From IMG/VR virus record IMGVR_UViG_3300008255_000107: a stretch of DNA of 59,955 bases, one strand, 5' to 3'. The stretch comes from a virus (taxonomy: Duplodnaviria; Heunggongvirae; Uroviricota; Caudoviricetes). The position numbers and the translations under genes were made by a program. Of the stretch, positions 32,682 to 42,182 are shown piece after piece; within the stretch, counting starts at the first letter, position 1; each line of letters opens with the position of its first letter. The notes below the pieces were generated by a model. It was not told where the DNA came from. It ran no database searches and saw only the letters and a program-made list of their open reading frames with translations.

Positions 32682-33137
32682 TTAGTCCCCCGCCAAAGCG
32701 TGCTGGGACCAAAATTTCTGGGACGACTCTAAGTCCCTTACCCTAGGGTCTGTAGGCATTTGTGTGGCTAGTGGACCGCCGTAGATGGCAAATAGAAACT
32801 TGGCGTCCGACTTACCCTTAGCGTCCGGCCCAAACACCACAGAAACCTTATCCGTCCAACGGACTTTCTTTGAAGTGTCTTTCAACAAACGGAAGTCGTA
32901 CTTCTGCCCACGCCAGGGCTTGTACACCACCTCTTCCTCCGTAATGGGGTCATCACCCATAGCGGGTCCGTATAGCTCGCTGCGGACTGCCACAGGGGCC
33001 CCCATAAATGTGGCGGACACTACGATACCGTTGAAGGGGATGGCGTTGATCTGTTCTCGCACCCACGGCAGTATCTCCTGAATGTCGTCAGGTATCTTGG
33101 TACGAATGATAAGTCGTTTTGAGCTTTCCATATTCAA
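32682..33137 (-). CDS. Hypothetical protein, paralog of 14736-15203
   Basis: Same motif set, including DPRVRDLE..FWS.HAL. Confidence 0.75.
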   Translation of the reverse strand: MNMESSKRLIIRTKIPDDIQEILPWVREQINAIPFNGIVVSATFMGAPVAVRSELYGPAMGDDPITEEEVVYKPWRGQKYDFRLLKDTSKKVRWTDKVSVVFGPDAKGKSDAKFLFAIYGGPLATQMPTDPRVRDLESSQKFWSQHALAGD

Positions 33138-33183
33138 TCCTTACAAAAGGGGTCGAATATGAATATAAAGAGGAAGGCCCTAT

Positions 33184-35103
33184 TTAACCTTTGCCTGTAC
33201 CCATGTACTCCTCATAAGTCCGGAACCGGCTTTCCCATGCATGCTTGCACAAGTGCTCTACAGGTATAGAAACCGCCTTACCCTCACGAGTAAGCTTCAG
33301 GCATGCCAACCTACCTGTGTCAAAAATCCATCCCCAGTACAGGGCGCTTTCGTCCAGTGTAGTGTTATACACTTCTTCCAGTATGTCATTCCAGGTGTAT
33401 GATCCGATTTTGAATTCAAAATCGTGCACCACGCTGCATAGTGCTTCCCTACGGTTTTCCAGATCGTTACTATCATCGCTGTCCTGGAAAAGTTTAGTAG
33501 TCCTATCCACCAGGTCTTGCTTTCGTTTGGCCAGGTCTGTACAGGCCAGAGCGTAATCCTGGGTCCTTCTTAGTGTAGGTAAAGCATTAGGGTTGCTTTT
33601 CCACCACTCGTCATAGAGATCCCAGGCGTCTACCGCCATCCACACGGGCGAGTGCTTTTCACCCCAGTCGCATTCCACAAATGATATCATGGAAGGGACA
33701 TCTTGCCCCAGCCTAATGGCAAAGGTGCTAATGTCTATGCGGGAGTTACCCTCCGATGTTCGGGGGTACACCATTATTTTGCTGCGGTCCTTAAGCTCAG
33801 AAAGCAGGGCAGTCTTAATGTCACCGTTTATGATAACGTCCTGCTCTATGTGGATCATGATCTCGTAAGTTTTTTGGTGCAGGTACTTCATGGCAGCGTC
33901 CAACGAAGCTCCGTGCCCTACTATTCTGCTAGGGATCTCAACGGCCCCCAATTCTTCAGTAAGGTAGGTTCTGACGGAGGGGTCGTATTTAGAATTCAAG
34001 GTGAAGTAAAGATCGTCCTGGGGGTACAACTCCCGGATCCTTCTCATGGTGTTCACACCCCATGTCATAGAAGGGTTATTCTTTTCGTACATGGGGGTGT
34101 AAAAGGCCACACTGCGGGGCCGGGTAAAACCAGAATCTACGCCGGGGTTTCTCTTTAAAACCTTTTTCCAGGAGGGGTGCATATGAAGGGCGTTGGTGGG
34201 GATAGGCTCCAGTGTAGGAGAAAACATCTTCTCCTCGCAGTACTGTGGACACGTTCCTCCCTCGATAAAGTGCTGGTACCTAGAACGCACATCTTGGGAA
34301 ATGGGTATTGGTATAAATCCGCTGCCAACCAGGTGCTGGTCTTGGGTGCAGGCTAGGGCAAACTCTTTCCTATCTGTACAGGTAGGTACCTTCCTAAGCT
34401 GGTCCCTTAGAAAGTGCCTGACGGGTATATTGTAGTCGGTTACCCTTCTGTGGTTGGGGGAGAAAGATATACCCTGGAGATACACAGATTTAGGGAACAT
34501 ACCGACGGGGTATCCGAAAGCCTCAGCTAGGTAGCCAAGGTACACATCCTCGGATCCGTATCGTCCGTGAAAGTATGAGTGGAACAAAGCCCCCTGCACT
34601 ATTCTCACATTTTTTATGAAATCACTTCTTACCAGTAGGCCACAGGTGTAGATCCCGTTGTCACCGTGTTCCCCTATGGCGCCGACACCTATAAAGGGGT
34701 TGTCTGTAAAGTTTTCCCCAAAATACTTCTCGCGCTGGTCGCCATCCCCTATTCGAATGGTAGCTAGGGCATACCTATCCCGTGCCTCTCTCAGTAATTC
34801 CACACTAAGTCCAACCGGTACCCTATCCCCGTCCAGCATCAGAACTGAAGAGTTAGGCCTAATCATGTCGAGGCCAGCATTCCTCGTCCTGCCGGCCTGG
34901 TGGCCTTCCCCAAACTTGTTTACCACGAAGGGTATGCTCCAGGACGATATGATGTTACTGGACTTGTCGCTGCACCGGTCCAACGCATAGGTTACAGGCA
35001 CAGAGGGGAGTTGCTTCCTAAGAGCCTCAAGCATAGGTGTGACACTGTCCACTTGGTCGCGGGACACTACCAGGACATGGAATTCTGGATCTTTACGGCT
35101 CAT
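33184..35103 (-). CDS. GT-A/family-2-like glycosyltransferase, probably two GT domains
   Basis: DRCSD, GRTRNAGL, MLDGD, YGSED; second IHIEQD motif. Confidence 0.7.
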   Translation of the reverse strand: MSRKDPEFHVLVVSRDQVDSVTPMLEALRKQLPSVPVTYALDRCSDKSSNIISSWSIPFVVNKFGEGHQAGRTRNAGLDMIRPNSSVLMLDGDRVPVGLSVELLREARDRYALATIRIGDGDQREKYFGENFTDNPFIGVGAIGEHGDNGIYTCGLLVRSDFIKNVRIVQGALFHSYFHGRYGSEDVYLGYLAEAFGYPVGMFPKSVYLQGISFSPNHRRVTDYNIPVRHFLRDQLRKVPTCTDRKEFALACTQDQHLVGSGFIPIPISQDVRSRYQHFIEGGTCPQYCEEKMFSPTLEPIPTNALHMHPSWKKVLKRNPGVDSGFTRPRSVAFYTPMYEKNNPSMTWGVNTMRRIRELYPQDDLYFTLNSKYDPSVRTYLTEELGAVEIPSRIVGHGASLDAAMKYLHQKTYEIMIHIEQDVIINGDIKTALLSELKDRSKIMVYPRTSEGNSRIDISTFAIRLGQDVPSMISFVECDWGEKHSPVWMAVDAWDLYDEWWKSNPNALPTLRRTQDYALACTDLAKRKQDLVDRTTKLFQDSDDSNDLENRREALCSVVHDFEFKIGSYTWNDILEEVYNTTLDESALYWGWIFDTGRLACLKLTREGKAVSIPVEHLCKHAWESRFRTYEEYMGTGKG

Positions 35104-35213
35104 GGTAAACCTGTGTTATGTTTATGCTGGTCCCCACCCATTAGTAGATTAGAAACTTTTTCAAAAAGAAAAACCGGGCAGCGCGGGCTACCCGGTTTAA
35201 AGTGCATAAATTT

Positions 35214-35783
35214 TTAGAGGGGGCCGTACATGCGAATCAGCTTGGCGGCATGGGATAGCATGAAAATTCTTTCCATGTGGTTAAAAGCTACGTCGTATTC
35301 CTTCAAGTCCGTGATGGGGATCCATTTTACTTCTTCCACTTCATCGGGCTCACAGTGGCTGGTAGAGGTAGTGGGGAGCCCCTCTCGGGCCTGGAAATCC
35401 ATGGCGAAGTAAAGAGACACATTCTGAACGGCATCGGTGGGTCCACTTACGTTAGAATTGACGTAGACTGGTTGTCCGCTGCAGAAGCAGGAATGGGAGT
35501 AATCGGGCAGAGCTGTTACATCAACACCAGTCTCTTCCCATGTTTCTCTTAGGGCAGCCTCAGCCACGGTCTCACTGTAGTCTAGGTAACCACAGGGAAG
35601 TACCCAGCGTCCAACATTGTTAGGGGCCCCACGTCCGCGTTTGTTCATAAGGACGTGTGGGACACCTTTATGGATACCTACCAAGAGGCTTACGACGGCA
35701 CACGATCGGCTTATCCAAGTCTTACCCACATCGCTGGCGTCGGCCACACGGTTAGGGTTATTAAGGAAAACAGGTTCCATCAA
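35214..35783 (-). CDS. NUDIX hydrolase
   Basis: W.LPCGYLDYSETVAEAALRETWEETG. Confidence 0.9.
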   Translation of the reverse strand: MMEPVFLNNPNRVADASDVGKTWISRSCAVVSLLVGIHKGVPHVLMNKRGRGAPNNVGRWVLPCGYLDYSETVAEAALRETWEETGVDVTALPDYSHSCFCSGQPVYVNSNVSGPTDAVQNVSLYFAMDFQAREGLPTTSTSHCEPDEVEEVKWIPITDLKEYDVAFNHMERIFMLSHAAKLIRMYGPL

Positions 35784-36334
35784 TTAGCCCTCCGAGTAGC
35801 TCTATCCCTACGGGGGTCGTAGACGACTAGCTCCGGCACAACCTTGAAGTTTTCCTTCACATAGTCGATGCCCTTCGACTCCTCGCACACAGTGACCAGG
35901 GTAAGGTGGTCTGTACCGCGTTGCAGGGGGGACAGGGAAGTGTGAAGAATGATCTGGTCGGGGTAACCAGATGATCTGATGACTTGGACTTTACCTACCC
36001 CTAGGTCAAAGGGTACGCCTTCACCGAGATCTTCAGATCCTTCGGATACTGACGCACGTTCCTTATCCGCCTTGCGGTCTTCGTCCGTAGTTTCTTTGAG
36101 GTGGATGTCCGAAGTGGACGGTACCACTTTGAATACTTCCTGGATATAATCAACGGTGTCACCAAGGGTGGCTATGGCTATGAACTCATGATGAGCTTTT
36201 TTGCTTTCCGCTGGAGGTAGGGACGTGGTGAGGAATACCTGATCAGCGATGACTCCACCGCCCAGGGCAACTTCAGCTTTAAGTATACGAATGGAGGCAG
36301 TCACGTCCTCAATAAAGAATTTCTTTTTCATCAT
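35780..36334 (-). CDS. Hypothetical protein with internal duplication
   Basis: DQVFLTTSLPP...DYIQEVFKVVP repeated as DQIILHTSLSP...DYVKENFKVVP. Confidence 0.7.
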   Translation of the reverse strand: MMKKKFFIEDVTASIRILKAEVALGGGVIADQVFLTTSLPPAESKKAHHEFIAIATLGDTVDYIQEVFKVVPSTSDIHLKETTDEDRKADKERASVSEGSEDLGEGVPFDLGVGKVQVIRSSGYPDQIILHTSLSPLQRGTDHLTLVTVCEESKGIDYVKENFKVVPELVVYDPRRDRATRRAN

Positions 36335-36408
36335 GGTTTTTCTCTGGTTTTAGGGAAATACAAACCTATGGCAATATATAGCCCAAGATTTGTTATTTAA
36401 CCAGATTT

Positions 36409-36627
36409 TTAGGAATTAAGCAGATCGGAAGCAATTTTACGGAGAACGTCGGCAGCGGACTTTTTCTTGCCGCCCTTGTCACCCTTCTTCATGTTCTTCC
36501 ACACACCCATGACTATGGCGTAAAAATCGTCATCCTTATCAGTCTTGTGATACTGATCCTTGACTATCTTCATGGCAAGTTGCCATTTCTTTTCGTCTGC
36601 TTTTGTTTTTACTACTCCATGAGGCAT
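36409..36627 (-). CDS. Small basic phage-type protein
   Basis: MPHGVVKT.ADEKKW...YAIVMGVWKNM; RBS ggag. Confidence 0.65.
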   Translation of the reverse strand: MPHGVVKTKADEKKWQLAMKIVKDQYHKTDKDDDFYAIVMGVWKNMKKGDKGGKKKSAADVLRKIASDLLNS

Positions 36628-36651
36628 GCTCCCCAGGATAGGATGAGAAGA

Positions 36652-37104
36652 TTATAGCCGACTTTCCTTCCTATTTCGGGCAACTTTCTTTGTTTTTTCC
36701 TCTCCTGCCTTAGATGAGTTATCGAAATCCCACTCTATGTAATCCACGTCAGCTTTTCCTCTAGATGCGTACACTTCCTTACGGTGGGGTTCCCCCATAC
36801 TACTTCCGGTCACACAAGCAAAAAAAGTACTTACACTCGGATCTCCGAGGTAAGGTAGCACTAGGGATATGTTAGCTGTGTCTGGCCATACCTCCAGAAT
36901 GACTTTTAGGTCTACTATCCAAACATCCCCACCCTTTTTCAGGTTAAGGGCTAAATGGTAATAGGGGCCGTATAAGGGTAGCCATCCTAAGGGTCTTTCC
37001 GGTGCCTCATTGACATTTGCGGATAACTCCCACCCCTTGTTTACAATGCTCCTTACATTTTTAATAAAGAGCTGGGGAGCCCTATGCAGTAGATCCACTA
37101 GCAT
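36652..37104 (-). CDS. Hypothetical protein
   Basis: Track ORF 36652-37227; ATG 37104 with RBS aggaa avoids overlap. Confidence 0.55.
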   Translation of the reverse strand: MLVDLLHRAPQLFIKNVRSIVNKGWELSANVNEAPERPLGWLPLYGPYYHLALNLKKGGDVWIVDLKVILEVWPDTANISLVLPYLGDPSVSTFFACVTGSSMGEPHRKEVYASRGKADVDYIEWDFDNSSKAGEEKTKKVARNRKESRL

Positions 37105-37147
37105 GGGGTGATTCCTACCCTGTATGTGTGGTAGGTGTCTTTTTCTC

Positions 37148-37624
37148 TTAGTGACTTTCAAGATCCTTCCTTTGCGTGCGTAGGGAACCTTCTTTACCCA
37201 TGTATAGAGCGAAAAATGATTCAACATTGGGGTCTCCCAAATGCTCTATAACATCTGCGACGTTCCCTGCTTTGCTGAATACGTGGGTAAGGCGAGTAAG
37301 GTCAATATCGTATTCGTCGTGGGGACCCCGTACGGTAAGGTGGGAAGGAGGGGTCCTATCCACAGGAGGGGGAGTTACGTCCCCATTGTTGTTGAAATAT
37401 CTTAGGGCAAGCGTCAACCCTACCGGATCTTTGGTACGTTGGAAAAAGAAGGAGTACCCGTTTTCTTCAATCTTTTTTTGGAAATCCCTAAACAGCGGTG
37501 AAATACTAATGTCACGGAATACCTGCAGGGCCTCCTTGGACACAGTTTCCCTGGGGATACGCATAACCCCTACGGAATGCATGGGTAAAAGTTGTGGTAC
37601 GACTCTACGTACGGGTATATTCAT
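37148..37624 (-). CDS. Hypothetical protein
   Basis: Track ORF 37148-37636; likely start MNIPV. Confidence 0.55.
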   Translation of the reverse strand: MNIPVRRVVPQLLPMHSVGVMRIPRETVSKEALQVFRDISISPLFRDFQKKIEENGYSFFFQRTKDPVGLTLALRYFNNNGDVTPPPVDRTPPSHLTVRGPHDEYDIDLTRLTHVFSKAGNVADVIEHLGDPNVESFFALYMGKEGSLRTQRKDLESH

Positions 37625-37652
37625 GGCCAAAAGCAACCCCTTGGCTTATAGG

Positions 37653-38375
37653 TTAAATAGCATAAGAGTGAATCCGGTCGGACAGTTCCTTAGTTTTGCT
37701 AGGCACTAGGACCCCGGAGTACCGCGCTGTCTCGATCCCACTGGCCACCAGAAAAACATCCACGTATGGCAGGTACTCGTCGACGTTTCCCGGAGTTATG
37801 CCACTGGCTAGACCTAGAGGGTGGGTGCCGGCGCCAGATCGTAACGTCTTAACTTTTTCCAAATCCGTAGCCACGCCGGTACCAGACCCACTGGTGGTAA
37901 TGATATCCACGAAAGGTTTGGACTTCTCGGCGGCACTTGCTTGCATGGAGCTATGGACAGGTCTCTGGTATTTGAACGCCACACCGCCAAAGTACAGGCC
38001 ATCCCATTTATTTTTCAATCTTGAGCTTAGGAATAAGGAGGCTTCCTCCTGGTCATCGAGCCTTTCGTCGACCCCAGCGTTGTCCGACCATATGCCGCCA
38101 GCAGGTAAACCCAAAACCCTACCAATGGTTTCAGGGGCTGGTGTATCCAGAAGGTTGACACCCACCCACAGGTCCGGGTAGCGACTGTGTACCTCAGGTA
38201 TAAAGGCAAGGAGTTCACTGGAGGACATACCCTGGTCGATAAGGAATATGCCGTCAGCCCCTGCCTCTACAGCAACACGTATGCTTTGGAGAGCTATGCT
38301 CTTGGTGATGGGGTGGATAACGGGGAGGAACACTTTGGGGGTTCCGAACACTTCTGTAATCCTACTAGCGTGCAT
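37653..38375 (-). CDS. BtpA/SgcQ-family TIM-barrel protein
   Basis: FLPVIH, GADGIFL, VGVNLL, TSGSGTG, LASGITPGNV, FLVASGIE. Confidence 0.75.
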   Translation of the reverse strand: MHASRITEVFGTPKVFLPVIHPITKSIALQSIRVAVEAGADGIFLIDQGMSSSELLAFIPEVHSRYPDLWVGVNLLDTPAPETIGRVLGLPAGGIWSDNAGVDERLDDQEEASLFLSSRLKNKWDGLYFGGVAFKYQRPVHSSMQASAAEKSKPFVDIITTSGSGTGVATDLEKVKTLRSGAGTHPLGLASGITPGNVDEYLPYVDVFLVASGIETARYSGVLVPSKTKELSDRIHSYAI

Positions 38376-38384
38376 GGGGTATCC

Positions 38385-38964
38385 TCACAGGGAGTACCCA
38401 CAAGTAACCGATTCTTTTTCTAAGAACGATCGCTCAGCGGGGTCCATTTCAAGTTTGTATTTCTTTTTTACTGCCACCCAGATGGTCAGGTAACCACATC
38501 TAAAGGATTCGTTAGGCGGCATCCACTGGTCTGGGGACCTTTCCCCTTTGGATCGGTTGGCTCCCCGGTAGACAGCCATTAGGTGAAAGTTTTCCAAGTC
38601 ATTGTAGAAGGCTTTTTTCTGCTCGTGTGACCACGCCCAACCTCCTGATTCGTGGGCCTCTTTGAGGGGGACCACATGATCGATGTCTAGCATACCTGGA
38701 TCGGTGAAGTACCTGCCTGTGTAGTGACAGAACCAAAGGCCCGATCGGATCACACATCTGGAAGATTTTTCTACGGGCGCCAAGGACTCTGAGGAAAGTA
38801 CCTCCGCTCTGGTGTCAAGACAATCACCGTCCTCGTCATCCCACGAGTTACCCCAGGACGACCTATCGTACGGGGGGCTGGTCCACGACGGTGGTATCCG
38901 CTGCTGTGCACAATGGAACCGCTACGGAAAGTAGTAGGGCTACTAGGATTTTGGAGTATGACAT
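38385..38964 (-). pseudogene. Secreted DUF1524-type HNH nuclease, frameshifted at a C6 run
   Basis: Signal peptide MSYSKILVALLLSVAVPLCTA in one frame; YDRSSWG..W.D.DGDCLDTR...DIDHVVPL...NRSKG in another. Confidence 0.75.
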
Positions 38965-39530
38965 TTGTCGACCTGCGCCAGTATGCTCTCAACCGGATTA
39001 CTGGCGGGATGGGTTTGTTGCATCACTAGGGCGTCCAATCCCGCCAGGACCCTGTCGTCCTCTAGCGCTGCAATTTCTACGTCAACCTTCGCTGACCATT
39101 TATTGTATAGCCTTCGGTTTTCAGTGACATGCCGGGGCTCACCAAGCTCACCTTCTGTAAAGTGTAGTTTGGTTTGCTCGTCTTCCGTCAGGAACCCACT
39201 GATGTCCCCTTGCACTTCTTCAGGTATGCGGTACCCATGAGCTTCCACATAGTGCCTAACCAGTACGGGCATCACGTAAAATTTACCGGATTTACCAGTG
39301 AACCACATCTCCCCGTTCCCCATGCCTTTCTCGCACCACTGGCATCCGTGGTAACCACGATATAGGTTGAGAGTGGGGGCTTGTTCCAGTAGCTTACTGA
39401 AGGAAGGTAAAAGGGGGTCCCCGGTGGTGGGCATATCCTGGCTGCTCTTGTCAAGCCAACCCACAGCTAGCACGTACGGGTTAGCGTTATTTCTGTAGGT
39501 GTATCGGGTAAGGTCCTGAATGTAGCTCAT
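38943..39530 (-). CDS. Hypothetical protein
   Basis: VGWLD, YRGYHGCQWC, GNGEMW, HYVEAHGY pattern. Confidence 0.7.
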   Translation of the reverse strand: MSYIQDLTRYTYRNNANPYVLAVGWLDKSSQDMPTTGDPLLPSFSKLLEQAPTLNLYRGYHGCQWCEKGMGNGEMWFTGKSGKFYVMPVLVRHYVEAHGYRIPEEVQGDISGFLTEDEQTKLHFTEGELGEPRHVTENRRLYNKWSAKVDVEIAALEDDRVLAGLDALVMQQTHPASNPVESILAQVDKCHTPKS

Positions 39531-40081
39531 TTCGTGTGCCCCACTGTTCCGCCTGTAAGCATACGGAGGGCTTTGGCGTATTTCGCCAAATTTCTACCTG
39601 CCTTAGGATTGTCCAGGTCGTTATCTTCCAACCTCGTTACATCGGAGTTGTGGATAAGGTCCTCTATCTTTACAGCCCTAGCTATGGGGTTACCTGCCAG
39701 CCTTTCGACGTAGCAAAGGTATTCATCCTCCTTGGCACGAACAACAGACAGGGAGGCAGATATACCCCAGACCTTATAAAAGGATACACGTTCCTTGATA
39801 TAAGCTAGATCCTTAACATGGTTTAGTAGCACCAGAGCTTCCAACACGTCCTCGGGGCACCCCTTATCCCGAAGTCTTTCTTCGGTCCAATCCTTGGGGA
39901 AATCCTCAAGCAGGTCGTGGAGTAGGCCCGCTATTTGGAAAGAATTACTGTATCCCTTCATTTTCAGATGGTGGGCTACATGCAGCAGGTGCTTTACATA
40001 GTCCACCCCTCCCTTGTCCTTGACTCCCTTAAACGCAGTTGCCACTATAACCAGGGCCTCACTGAAATCGAACTTAGACAT
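39527..40081 (-). CDS. RelA/SpoT-type HD hydrolase (stand-alone, Mesh1/SAH-like)
   Basis: DKGGVDY..H...VA, AGLLHDLLED, VKIEDL.HN. Confidence 0.8.
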   Translation of the reverse strand: MSKFDFSEALVIVATAFKGVKDKGGVDYVKHLLHVAHHLKMKGYSNSFQIAGLLHDLLEDFPKDWTEERLRDKGCPEDVLEALVLLNHVKDLAYIKERVSFYKVWGISASLSVVRAKEDEYLCYVERLAGNPIARAVKIEDLIHNSDVTRLEDNDLDNPKAGRNLAKYAKALRMLTGGTVGHTK

Positions 40082-40203
40082 TACACACTCCTTGAATGAA
40101 TTAATATATAGCCGCGGGCATAAGTTTTTAACCAACTTGTTAAAATTTCAGTGCCCAGTCTATATAATGCATTTAGGACGTGTGGTATGTTTAGAAAAAA
40201 GGT

Positions 40204-41004
40204 ATGAAGATGGAAATCACTAAAGAGGCATTAGAGGCAAAATTAAAAGAATTTGCAGAAGAGAAGGGAATCCACATCCTGTTGGCCGCTGAGAGCGGGA
40301 GCCGCGGGTGGGGTTTCCATAGCCCTGACTCTGATTATGATGTAAGATTCATATTCGCTTGGCCCAGGGAAAACTACGAGTCCCCTTTCCACCCAGGTGA
40401 TGACGTTCTGCATTTTATGGACGATACCAAGGTTATCGACATAGAAGGATGGTCCCTCAGTAAAGTACTTAGGTCCTTGCATGCTGGTAACACGGTGCCT
40501 ATGGAATGGGCCCAGTCCCCCATCATTTACCACGACCATCTGAACTTTCGGGATAACCTGGTAAACACCTTCAAGGAAGGTGATGTGTACAGGTCAGGGC
40601 CGGTGGTTGCCCACTACACTGGTTTGGCCAAAAAAGCTTTAGGTAAGTGGAACCCCCTAATGGGTGAGAAGATTCGAACCAAGAAGCTATTCTACGCACT
40701 GAGGTCGATTCTGTGCGCCCGTCACGCCATGCAACTGAGTTACATGCCCCCTATGCAGTGGAAGGACCTATTGGGCCAGTGCACTGTGTTGGGGTCAGAC
40801 GAGAGGGAGACTATCGCTTGGTTGGAAAAAGAAAAAACTGCTAATGGTGAGCACCACCAGGTGGAGGTGCCCCCCTGTGTGGTTTCTTTCATCACTGAAA
40901 GCATGAAGGGGATGAACGACTGGCTCGACCAAAACGTGAAGAAACCTCTGCCCCCTAGGGATAAATACAATGATTTTTTCCGGTCTGTTCTGAGGAAGCT
41001 ATGA
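40204..41004 (+). CDS. Pol-beta superfamily nucleotidyltransferase (RlaP-like) 1
   Basis: ESGSRGWGFHSPDSDYDVRF, EWAQSPIIY, KKLFYALR. Confidence 0.85.
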   Translation: MKMEITKEALEAKLKEFAEEKGIHILLAAESGSRGWGFHSPDSDYDVRFIFAWPRENYESPFHPGDDVLHFMDDTKVIDIEGWSLSKVLRSLHAGNTVPMEWAQSPIIYHDHLNFRDNLVNTFKEGDVYRSGPVVAHYTGLAKKALGKWNPLMGEKIRTKKLFYALRSILCARHAMQLSYMPPMQWKDLLGQCTVLGSDERETIAWLEKEKTANGEHHQVEVPPCVVSFITESMKGMNDWLDQNVKKPLPPRDKYNDFFRSVLRKL

Positions 41005-42083
41005 AAATCACAACCATAGAAGAATTAAGGGAGTCCGGAAGGATCATTTACGAAGCCATCTGTGGTTCAATGTCATTTGGGTTGGCTACCAAAAAATCAG
41101 ACATGGATATACACGGGGTATACGTGGCTACCCCTGAGATGCTTTCTAACATCCACGGTACGGTGCCTCCTATCATAAAGGACCCTAACTCCGACACAGA
41201 ATACTGGGAAGTTAGACATTTTATGAAGATGCTTATGGAGGGTAAACCCAACGCCCTAGAGCTGCTGTACAGCCCCAGGCATTGCATACTGTACCGTCAC
41301 CAGGTTATGGACCGTCTTCAACCATACGACCAGTTTATCAGTAAGGCCTGTGACGGTACCTTTTACCGGTACGCCATGTCTCAGGTGGAGAAAGCCCGCG
41401 GCCAGAATAAGAAAATAGTAAACCCTATGCCTGAGAAAAGAAAGAGCGTCTTGGACTTCTGTTATTTTATGGAAGACGGCAAAACCCGATCGCTGTTAAG
41501 CCTAGGTGCAGAGGAAGACTTCGTAGGTAGAGGGTGGGGGCTGGCGGCCATCAATCACGCTCCCTACACGTATGCCCTTTATAAGGCTCCGAGTGAGGGA
41601 GATCCATGGGCCCATGGTATCATCCGTAATTTGGAAAGCTCTAACGAGGTATGCCTCAGCTCTGTGCCCAAGGGTGTACCCTTGTTCGGTTATGTTGTGT
41701 GGAATAAGGATGGGTACACCATGCACTGCAAGCAGCACCGGGAATACTGGGAATGGGTTAAGAACCGTAATCCCGTGAGATACGAGGGTACTGTTTCCCA
41801 CGGTAAGGGTTATGATGCCAAGAACATGATGCACACCATGAGGTTGCTGCACGTGGGTTTGGAGATAAGTAAGGGCGAGGGCATCCGGGTAGATCGCACC
41901 CATGAGCGGGATTACCTTCTCTCTATCAAAAGGGGTGACTTCGAATTTGACGGTCTCCTGGAAAAAGCTAATGCTATCGTGGCTCAGATTAACGATAACA
42001 CAAAAGACACCACACTCCCCGAACCAATCACCCCCGAGAGGGCGGAAGAGTTCGTGGTCATACTGCGGTCGTCGTTGAATTAA
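41001..42083 (+). CDS. Pol-beta superfamily nucleotidyltransferase (RlaP-like) 2
   Basis: GSMSFGLAT..SDMDIHGVY, PNALELL, YDAKNMMHTMRLL, L.IKRG. Confidence 0.85.
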   Translation: MKITTIEELRESGRIIYEAICGSMSFGLATKKSDMDIHGVYVATPEMLSNIHGTVPPIIKDPNSDTEYWEVRHFMKMLMEGKPNALELLYSPRHCILYRHQVMDRLQPYDQFISKACDGTFYRYAMSQVEKARGQNKKIVNPMPEKRKSVLDFCYFMEDGKTRSLLSLGAEEDFVGRGWGLAAINHAPYTYALYKAPSEGDPWAHGIIRNLESSNEVCLSSVPKGVPLFGYVVWNKDGYTMHCKQHREYWEWVKNRNPVRYEGTVSHGKGYDAKNMMHTMRLLHVGLEISKGEGIRVDRTHERDYLLSIKRGDFEFDGLLEKANAIVAQINDNTKDTTLPEPITPERAEEFVVILRSSLN

Positions 42084-42182
42084 CTCCTAGCGAACTTTTT
42101 TGCTAGGGGGTTTAAAATTTTGCAAAGAGTTTATATATTATTGTACAAACGATAATATCCAACTGAAAATAAGGGGTTTAGT

